34,615 nt of DNA. Origin: Neoconidiobolus thromboides FSU 785 (lineage: Eukaryota > Fungi > Entomophthoromycota). How positions within the stretch are numbered: position 1 is the first letter of the stretch; every line of letters starts with the position of its first letter. Positions 10,720 to 20,229 of the stretch are shown here, piece by piece. The DNA is taken from the NCBI GenBank assembly GCA_025603075.1, contig MU626461.1, forward strand, positions 1 through 34,615, written 5' to 3'. The position numbers and the translations under genes were made by a program. Below the pieces are notes generated by a model, which was given only the letters and a program-made list of their open reading frames with translations, had not been told where the DNA came from and did no database searches.

Positions 10720-11619
10720 ATGTTGAGCCGTGCTTTTTCTTCTCTCGTCCGTGGTAATTTTAAATAATTTATTATATTGTATAAAATTTTACCATATTTT
10801 ACAGCCACTCGTACCAACGTACGTAGCATTCAAGGTACTATTTTTAATTTTATTATCCATTTCAAAATTAAAATCTACTATTTTAGTTCGTTCTATTGCC
10901 ACTCAAGGTGCCAAAAAAACCAGCAATGCTTTACCATATGCTTTACTTTTAGGTGCTACTGCAGGTGCTGTCACTTCTTATCTTACCACTGGTAAATTTT
11001 ATTTAACTATTTATTTATAACTAATAAAACTAACTGTAATATCTAAAGCTAACACCAAGATCCAAAATGACGCTGCTCCAATTGCAGGAATCAAAGGTAG
11101 TAATAGCGAACGTACCTTTATTGCTGTTAAACCAGATGGTGTACAACGTGGTTTAGTTGGTGAAATTATCTCTAGATTCGAAAAGAGAGGTTACAAATTA
11201 GTTGCTCTTAAAGTAACTGTACCAAGCAAAGAGTTAGCTAATCAACATTATGCTGATTTATCTTCTAAACCTTTCTTTAATGGACTTGTTGATTATATGA
11301 CCAATGGTAAAGCTCCAGTTGTTGCTATGGTAAGTTTTTTAATTCTGTTATTATTTATGTGTTTATTCACTTTATATAGGTCTGGGAAGGTCTTGATGTC
11401 ATCAAGCAAGGTAGAGCTATGATTGGTGCTACTAACCCATTAGCTGCTAATGCTGGTACTATTCGTGGTGACCATTGTATTTCTGTTGGCCGTAACATTA
11501 TTCACGGATCTGACTCTTATGAATCAGCTAGCAAAGAAATTCAATTATGGTTTGGTCAAAAGGGTGATATTGTTGAATGGACCCCAGCCATCGGTGAATG
11601 GATCTTTGCCAATAACTAA
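10720..11619 (+). CDS. NDK: Nucleoside diphosphate kinase with N-terminal mitochondrial presequence and hydrophobic segment, 5 exons
   Basis: Exons 10720-10753, 10805-10834, 10887-10991, 11049-11329 and 11380-11619. Motifs [38 protein letters not shown] and [10 protein letters not shown] (catalytic His). Confidence 0.95.
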
Positions 11620-11738
11620 AATATCCTAATAAATTAAGTAAAAAGTTAAATTTTATTATTTCTAGTGTCTTTATATGTGCATATTTAGTAATAAGTATAA
11701 AGGCAAATGAATTTTGATTAATTTTTACATATATTTAT

Positions 11739-12836
11739 TTAAAATTTAAAGACCATATCTTCCATCTTAGATAAAGCACGAGGTTTGTCAAAACCAATTT
11801 CTTCGGCAAAAGTAGAAACTGCTTTAATCATTGGAGGAGGACCACATAATAAAAGTTTATTACTTTTGGATACTTTGATACCATAATTTTCCAAAATTTC
11901 ACGGGTAACAAAGCCAGTAGAGCCGTTCCATTTTTCTGGTGGGTTGTTAAGTACATGATGGATCTTAAATTGTTCTGGATGTTTTGATTGTAAATCTTCT
12001 AAATCTTTTTTAAGCAAAATATCATTTTCAGATACATTGGCATAAATCAATGAAATTTTGGTTTTATCGTTAGGATTACTTAAGATAGCTTTAATTACCT
12101 AAATTATTATTAATTACAATGTTGAATAAAATGACTTCTATTTTACTTGATACATTGGTGTAATACCAGTTCCACCTGCGATCATACCAAATTCTTCGTA
12201 TTGATTTGGTACATATTTAAATGCTCCTTTTGGTCCACGTACATCAATAGTGTCCCCAATCTTCATTTCAGATACATATTTTGAAATCATTCCATCTGGA
12301 TAAGTCTATTTTTATTTTAAGTTATACTCATATAAATACGAATTTAATAATCTACCTTAATAACTAAATCAAAGTGGCCCAAATCTTCATCTGAACTAGT
12401 TGGGGTATAACTACGTAATACTTGTTCGCCATTTTTCATAATCATAAGTGAGATATGCTACACAACTTAATAAATATTTTGACTTTTACTATTTATATGT
12501 CATTTGACTTACTTGACCAGTAGGTAAACCAAGGATATCAGTGGAATTAGGTAAAGCAAAACGATATCTAATGTAAACAATAAAAAAAGACGAAATAATT
12601 GATGTTTTACTTACAAGGCTGAGTTATGAGATAAAACAATTTTTTCAGCTAATTCAAATTTTCTAAACTCTTTGGGATCTAAAACTATTGAAATAAAATA
12701 AAGCTTGTCAGTTGACTATTAACCTATTCAAAATAAAATTACCTGGTACTCTCTTTTTATTACTACTTATAACAAAATAATAAATAGATCCTAGTATCAA
12801 TAATACACTTGAAATTAAAGTAAACGACAATGCCAT
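11739..12836 (-). CDS. CBR1: NADH-cytochrome b5 reductase, multi-exon
   Basis: ATG at 12836 with an N-terminal TM. Motifs YRFALP...[49 protein letters not shown] and LLCGPPPM. Confidence 0.95.
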
Positions 12837-13412
12837 TTTTGAATCTTAATTTTTATATTTATAAAAAAAATAACAACTTTTGAGTTTGATTTTAATACTA
12901 ATCATTTATAGAAGTATCACTTTTTTATCGTACTATGTTATAGCCAATAGCTACCCTTAATATAAGAATTTGTTTAGGATGCTTTTTATCCTCGGATTTA
13001 CCCTTGAATACCATTTCGATTGGGTGAGAGTCCTATAATTTAGCCTTTCATTCCCTTTTTTGCCGTAATAGACCAATTGGAGCTTGTTAATTTGACTAAT
13101 ATCAAACTTTGATTGGCTAGGGTAAAGTACCTCCGTTTATCCTATAATAGAAAACTCAATCTATAGTTTATAGCTACACTATATCACTGATTGCAATTTC
13201 GGTACAAAAACTTCTATTAACACTGACAACTTTAAATTAATGTAATCATATCTTACCGTTTATATTGACTTTGATAAACACTGTTGACAAGGATTTAATT
13301 TCTAAGAGAAAATACGTTGAGTAGTTAAATCAACTAAGTTTTTTATAAAAGTCAAATTACAAAAAAAAGCTAATTTTAAAAATCAATAAAAAGTAATAAT
13401 ACATTATAACTT

Positions 13413-14009
13413 TTAATATTGTATGCCAAAAGTACACCAAATTTCGATGTTACCAAAGGTGTAAAGGTGAAGCTTTAGTTTATTTGTTAGGCATTCTTTA
13501 TAGACAATTACTGCTATAAAAGAATAAGCTCTTGAAAATAGTTGATAATAAGCTAACGCTAAAATATTTAACAAAATATTTATAGTGCTATTTATTTTAT
13601 TTCTAAAAAATTTGAAAATAGATAGTGAAAAAAAATTATAACAATGTTTTGGTTTCATATTAAAAACTATTTTAGTATAAATCATTTAACTAATTTTTAA
13701 TATCAGCAATAATACTAACTGCATTTATCGAACAAAACAATTAAAGTATAAATAAGAATATTATTTTATTATTTCATTGTACATTAACACTACAGTTAAT
13801 TAGATGAATATTCATAATTTAATAATATATTGCATTACTATAAAAATAAGTGGTACACAAAGAATACTACCACAAGAAAAATTAGAATATTCGATTAAAT
13901 AAACAATATAAGAATTAAAGTTGATTTTTTTAATTTCTGGTTTTCTTTTTAAAAATTTTACTTGGTATTTAATCATTACTTCTGATCTAATAGGTAGGTT
14001 TAATTTCAA
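13413..14009 (-). pseudogene. Possible decayed multi-pass membrane protein (7TM-like) relic
   Basis: ORFs 13812-14009 and 13413-13685 share one frame and are separated by five stops. Both are hydrophobic. No diagnostic motif. Confidence 0.15.
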
Positions 14010-14269
14010 AAACTGAGAACAAAACTGTGGGAAAAAAATGAAAAATCAAATAGGAGTTATTTATAATGATTGGCGGATCTTATTTCAAATTCAAAGCATA
14101 ATTGGTAATTCAACAAAAAAATAGTAGTCAATCTTGAACCTTATGCAAAAAGCTAGCTCTTAGGTAAGAAAGTAAATAAAAATTTCAAACTTGAGAGCTT
14201 TGGTTTCAAGTTATGTTGATTTATTTTTTTAGTTTTTCGTTAAATAGTTTTTGAGTTTTGATTATAATA

Positions 14270-14624
14270 ATGGGATCCCAAGTAAGTCTTATTCATATAC
14301 GTAAATTACAATATGCTGATATAAATTCAAGGAAGAAGATATCGATAAACTTATTTCTGAAGTAATACATTTTAATTTAACAGAACTGAATAATAACTGG
14401 ATTCTTTTAGCTAGAAGACTTAGTTAAACTAGAAGGTAAAATATTTCAACTTATATATAAAGTATTAATACTGACTTTTATCAGACGCAAAACCATTAAC
14501 TGGTTCAGGTTCAATTAAAATTAAAAAAGGAGATAAGATACTGCCTATAGATTTGCAAGAAAAAGAAAAGGTATCAAAGAATTTAACTTCTATTTATGAA
14601 GAATGGCTGCAACAAGAAGACTAA
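14270..14624 (+). CDS. Hypothetical 68-aa protein encoded by 4 exons (not in ORF track)
   Basis: Exons 14270-14281, 14332-14361, 14411-14435 and 14485-14624. Introns of 50/49/49 nt are all GT-AG, with branch-like GCTGAT and ACTGAC in introns 1 and 3, and the phases join into one open frame: MGSQEEDIDKLISELEDLVKLEDAKPLTGSGSIKIKKGDKILPIDLQEKEKVSKNLTSIYEEWLQQED. Confidence 0.7.
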
Positions 14625-15043
14625 GTATAGCTTAATATATAATAATAACCGAAAGAGAAAAGTGAGACAAAGTAATTGATTGTTGTCAAGCTAAAGATCT
14701 TTTCTTTTTATTCTTTATTTTTGTTTTTTAAAAGTAATTGTCATATTTCTTTTCTCTTAATTAGTTAATTTACACAAACCTCCCCCTTCTCTTCTCTTGC
14801 TTTTCCTACTTTATCATTCTGATAAACTTACTTCTTAAATTATTACTTTTTATTTTACTATTTGTTAATATGGTATCTTATATCTTTATATAAGTTAATA
14901 TTTTTAATAAATATTAATTTAACTCCGGTTTTTATTCTTTAATATTCTTATGTTTTCACTTCGCTTTTATTATTATTAGTAATAAATTTTACTCAATTAC
15001 ACTTGTATTTTAAGCTATTAATATAAAAAAATAAAGAATACTT

Positions 15044-16774
15044 TTATTCATAATTTGCTTTTGCCGTCAATTTAGCTTGGGATTTAAGAGATTCGGGTGC
15101 ATCCATCTTGTCCATAATAATTTCATATAAATTCAACTTGTTATTGTCTTTGTTACTGTTTAATATTTCCTTCAACTCATTTATATCATCAACCTTAAAT
15201 GATTTACCTTTTGACTCAATATTAAAAAATTCCAACGCTTTAGAATACTGCCAATTTTGGATATCATTATACTTTCTTTTTTCTCCATGAATGTATCTTT
15301 CAATTGTATATCCCTGATTATTTATAATAAAAAAATGGCAATTCAAATCATTTCTGCCGATGGTACTAAGCTCTTGAGCAGTAAGTTGAAATGATCCATC
15401 CCCAACAAATAAAACGACTCTCCTGTTTTCATATTTAGCTGCCACCGCTGCCCCAAATGCTGCACCAACTGAAAAGCCAATACTGCCCCATAAAAATTGA
15501 GTAATGCAAATTGCATTTCTTGGAAATTTAATATTTAAAATGCCATATCCCGAAGTACCAGTGTCAGCAACAACGATATCTCCTTCGTTTAAGTAATTTT
15601 CAATAGAATCCCAGAATGCCTCTTGTTTAATTCTGGTATCATTATCCTTAGTTAAGCTGTTAATGTTGCTTTGCTCTTTCTTGTGCTTATAAAAGTCAAT
15701 TCCTTGATTAGGAAACTTTATGTTCTTTTCTTTAAGTAGCTTATTTAATTTAGGCAATAGCTCTTTCATTCCATAGTTTTTGTGAACTTTTTCAAACACC
15801 TGAATAAAGTTACTATGAAATTCGATAGTAGAGCCAACCGGCAATTTGAATGAAAATCCACCAGTATTAAAGTCTGATTTAATAGCCCCGAATGATAAAA
15901 TCAAGTCTGCCTTTTCAACGAACTCTTTAGTTATTGAGTTGAGTGTAATGTCTCCGATAAATACTCCCATATAATTCAAACTATTCTCGTCAAAGGATCC
16001 CTTTCCCATAGGCGAAATGACGACTGGTATATTAATAATGTTACAAAATTCTTCAAATTCTTTTTTGCAATTATGACGTAGAATACAAGCATCACTTAAT
16101 ATTACTGGAGATTTACTTTTTTGAACCAAATCAACAATCTCATTCAAAATCTCATTTTCAATTGTATTGTTATCACAATTATTGTTGTTTAGGATATTAC
16201 TATTATATATTTCATTATTATAATAGTTAATTGGGGCTAAATCAAATTCAAGCTCAATGTTGCATATATCTGTTGGTAATGAGATATAAACTGGTTTTGA
16301 ATAAAAGATACATTTTTTTAACAAAGTATCAATACTGTTTTGAACATCATTTCCATCGGATATTAACAAACTATCAACACTTACAAACTCGTACATGCTT
16401 TTGAAAGCATCGAAATTCCCATTACCAAAAGTATGGTGTAACAATGCACCTTCTTTTTGTAATTTTATAGATGGTGACCCAACAATATGAATTAATTTAA
16501 CCATTTCTGAATAGGAACCTGCACAACCATTGATGGCACTTAATTCGCCTACACCAAAAGTAGTTACTACACATCCAGCCCCTTTTACTCTTGAATAACC
16601 GTCAGCTGCATATGAAGCATTTAGTTCATTACAACAACCTATCCAATTGATACCCTCGTAGTCTTCAATCAAATCCAAGAACTCCATATTGAAATCCCCA
16701 GGCACACCAAATATGTCATCAATACCTAGCTGCTTTAGACGGGCTAATAAAAAGTTTCCGATACTTAATTTCAT
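15044..16774 (-). CDS. PDC: Pyruvate decarboxylase / 2-oxo-acid decarboxylase (ThDP-dependent), single exon
   Basis: 576-aa ORF with IFGVPGDFN, CNELNASYAADGYSR, TTFGVGELSA, QFLWGSIG and the ThDP motif GDGSFQLT...NNQGYTIE. Confidence 0.93.
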   Translation of the reverse strand: MKLSIGNFLLARLKQLGIDDIFGVPGDFNMEFLDLIEDYEGINWIGCCNELNASYAADGYSRVKGAGCVVTTFGVGELSAINGCAGSYSEMVKLIHIVGSPSIKLQKEGALLHHTFGNGNFDAFKSMYEFVSVDSLLISDGNDVQNSIDTLLKKCIFYSKPVYISLPTDICNIELEFDLAPINYYNNEIYNSNILNNNNCDNNTIENEILNEIVDLVQKSKSPVILSDACILRHNCKKEFEEFCNIINIPVVISPMGKGSFDENSLNYMGVFIGDITLNSITKEFVEKADLILSFGAIKSDFNTGGFSFKLPVGSTIEFHSNFIQVFEKVHKNYGMKELLPKLNKLLKEKNIKFPNQGIDFYKHKKEQSNINSLTKDNDTRIKQEAFWDSIENYLNEGDIVVADTGTSGYGILNIKFPRNAICITQFLWGSIGFSVGAAFGAAVAAKYENRRVVLFVGDGSFQLTAQELSTIGRNDLNCHFFIINNQGYTIERYIHGEKRKYNDIQNWQYSKALEFFNIESKGKSFKVDDINELKEILNSNKDNNKLNLYEIIMDKMDAPESLKSQAKLTAKANYE

Positions 16775-17469
16775 TTTTAAGCTTATAAAATTGATATTTT
16801 TGCTTCTATTTATACTTTTGATTGAATTTGTATTACCTCATCATTTTATATTTTTATCCTTGTTTGATTTTATAATGATGATGGTGTAATTCCAAGAGCA
16901 TTAATTTAGTAAGCTTGGTAATAGTTTTAAATTATTTTATACCCTTTAATATTTCAAAAAAGAATGTTTTTCGAAAGAATGTTTAATGTGTAACGTTACA
17001 TTCTAAAATATATGTTATATAAATTTTATTTACAAAAAAGCAAACGTTTGATTAAAATTTAATTTTAGTTAAATTACTTATGGTTAATTATACTATTTTG
17101 TCATAACAAAATTTATAAATAGATTATCTCAGAATAACTTTCACTCAAAAATAATTATTTTATTATTTCATCCCTGAACTTTACATTAGTTTACCCCTAA
17201 TATTATTAATATGAATGTTATCATTTCTATTCCTATTCCTATTGTTATAATTGCTACTATTGTCACTGTGAAAAGAAATTTATATTATTAAAGTGATATA
17301 GAGGATATCGGATGCTATTACTTATCGATAAGCCTTACTATTAATATTATTCATACTACTTATGGCTTAGCACATTACTTTACAACTTAATTTTGAACCT
17401 TATATTTCGTCATCTAAGTTGAACAAAGCTAAAAAATTAACTCCACTTTTAATCACTTTTAAAGGAAAA

Positions 17470-18254
17470 ATGCTATTTAACAAGAAAGAATATAATTTAC
17501 CAGGGGGAGTGATTGCACGCAAAGTGCAAAGAAAGTTTTATAAAGTTAAACGTTATTATTTGTTCATCTTTTTGATTTTGGTTTTGTTTTACTATTATTC
17601 GAGCTTAAGCGAAGCTCCAACCTCAGCTCCAAATTTAAATGAAATTAACTTGGAGCCTCCCATTCAACCTGTTCAAGGTATTAAGTGTGTTTTTATATAT
17701 TCAATTGGTCTTTAACTTTATTACAGTAGCAGAATTGAACCCAGTTAGACCCGAAAATACTGATGTAGAAGGAGTTCAAGTAACAGATGAAAGCGAAAAA
17801 CAAGGTAAAGCTAAATTTAAATCAACAATAACTATTTAAATTATAAAAGCAGAAACTGAAATTTCAAAACGAGTTGAAGATTTGATAGCAAATTATCAAA
17901 TTGTTATCTTTTCAAAGTCTTATTGTCCGTAAGTATATTTTGTAATAGTGAATTTACTAATAACACTATTTTTTAAGTTACTGTAAAAAAGCTAAAGCAG
18001 TCTTGCTCCCTAAAAGTGAAAATAAATTTGTACTTGAGTTGGACTTAGATGGTAAAGCATTTATTAGCCTAAATATATTATTTTATTTGATTCATTTAGA
18101 TGATGGTGCTAAAATCCAAAAATACTTGTTAACAAAAACACATCGCAATACAGTACCAAATATTTTTATTAATCAAAAAAATGTAGGAGGTTTGGATGAG
18201 TTGGATGCAATGATTGAAGAGTCCAAGCTAGATTCCTTATTAAATTCTAAATAA
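17470..18254 (+). CDS. Dithiol glutaredoxin (CPYC) with N-terminal signal-anchor, 5 exons
   Basis: ATG at 17470, TM segment YYLFIFLILVLFYYY. Splicing gives IVIFSKSYC|PYCKKAK, VLELD, TVPNIFINQKNVGG. Confidence 0.88.
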
Positions 18255-18287
18255 AATTACATTATGTAAAAACGCATTTATTAAATT

Positions 18288-18656
18288 TTATGAATAGTAA
18301 AGTTCTAAACTCATGCCATCGTGAATTTCATCTATAAACAAATAAATACAAATAAAAATGTGAATAAACATATTAAGACTTACAATCTTCCAAAGTAATG
18401 TGATCTTTGAAAATATTGTACCTAGTAGACATGTAAGTAAAGTAACGTAGTATAAAATTGAATATTACCATTTCTTTAATACAATCTTTTGATAATCAGT
18501 ACCAGTTTGAGCCGCAATTAATTTTTTCAAGTCCCCTACAGTATCGTCTGGACTAAGTTAATAGATTAATATATATATATCATGCTATGGATATACTTAC
18601 TTGCACTTAACTCGCACTTTTTTACCTAAGCGATCATTGACAATTACTTCAATCAT
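18288..18656 (-). CDS. HUB1: Ubiquitin-like protein Hub1/UBL5
   Basis: Spliced [36 protein letters not shown]...[29 protein letters not shown], with the di-tyrosine end. Confidence 0.95.
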
Positions 18657-19021
18657 TTTGTTAAAAGTTTTGATAAAAGGCTTAGTGCTTATTTTTATAA
18701 CCAGAATTCAAGGAATTTTATTTGTTGAATTTATAGTGAAGAGAATTTTGATTATTAATAACTAATAATTAATATTAGAGTAACATAAATAGATAAAATA
18801 AAACATAGTCACTAACAAATAGTAAAAGTCAGTATCAGTGTTTATTGATCCAATAAACTTTTACTTTACATATCAAAATAAAATAAAATTGAAATACTTA
18901 GCACAGTTTTCAAGCAAAGCTATTTAACTTGTTAAAGTTTGAGTCAATTCACTTTAGCCACTTAAATTTTAATACATTTTTTAAATTATACATTTCAAGT
19001 AGCATTTAAAATAGTACCAAA

Positions 19022-19834
19022 ATGGATCTTTTGTCAGAATATCTCTATCACGAAAAAGTAAAGAAATATTATTTACATCAACTAGGATTAAAATTTAACA
19101 GCAAGATGGGCTACTATGTGCTCAACACTGTCTTAACTCCCTGTTGCAAAGTAAACTAAAATTCAAAGTTTAAAATGTTTACTAAAATAAAGTTTAAAGA
19201 TCAAACATTTTCGGCAGTAGATTTATCAGAGATAGCACAACGTTTAGATAATGAAGAGAAAAAGATATTATATACTTCCAATTTTACTTCAAAAAATATG
19301 GATGATACTGGTTATTTTTCATCACAAGTAATATTACTTTGATTTTATTTTAAATTCTAATCAAATTCAAAAGGTAATTGAAGAAGCCTTAAAAATATTC
19401 TCTATGGAACTTATAAATATTGATTCCGATAATCCCAAAGCTATAAAAGCTAAAAAGGATCCAAGGTAAAATTAGCTTTACTAACTGTTTATTTAATTTA
19501 TTAAATTCACTTTCAAACTATCCAACAATCAGTAAACAAAAAGCGTTTATATGCAACTATGAAAGTCACTGGTTTACTTTAAGAAAATTCGGAAAAAACA
19601 ATAACCATTCTATGTGGTATAACTTAGATTCAAAGCTGAATAAACCAAAGCAATTGTCTTTTACGTATTTAGACGCTTATCTATCTCAATTAAGAATTGA
19701 AGGTCCATATTATTTATTTATTTTGATTTAGTTTCTTATTTTTAGGTTATACAATTTTTATTCCTTCCTATATCAATGACCCTGAACGTCAGTTGGAACC
19801 CTGTGAAGCAGATGCCATTATCGATATTTTGTAA
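19022..19834 (+). CDS. Josephin-domain deubiquitinase (ataxin-3-like), ~187 aa, 6 exons (not in ORF track)
   Basis: Spliced YHEKQDGLLCAQHCLNSLLQ (Cys codon 19117), FSAVDLSEIAQRLD, NMDDTGYFSSQVIEEAL, AFICNYESHWFTLRKFG (His codon 19567), WYNLDS (Asp codon 19627), QLRIEGYTIF and PCEAD. Confidence 0.92.
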
Positions 19835-20229
19835 CTTTAGAGTATCTTTTAGGGGTTATGAAATATACTTTTATGACTAATGTCATTGTTGACAAATAAG
19901 TTTCATTTAATTTAGGTCATTTTAAGGACATGGTTAATCTAATACAAAATAATAATATTTAGAATATCCCAATTAACATGTTTAAAATGAGTAATAAAAG
20001 ATGGTATATATTGAAAACAGCTTTTTAAAAAATACTTTTATTATAATGTTTTATTTTTACATATGATTATTAATATTTTGGTTATACTGTGATTAAGTAA
20101 TATTGATAAATGTAACCTAAACTTGATCTTTTAATTTTCATATCAGAATATTTAATGATATAAATTAAGAAATTTGTCCAAGTTTTTACAAAGTATTTTT
20201 AATTTAATAGAGTATAAAGTTAATAATTA

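Noticed and set aside
12988-13127. Inverted 8-mer TTTACCCT/AGGGTAAA plus CCAAT/ATTGG motifs upstream of CBR1
   Set aside because: There is no extended stem or snRNA/tRNA signature. It is most simply promoter sequence.
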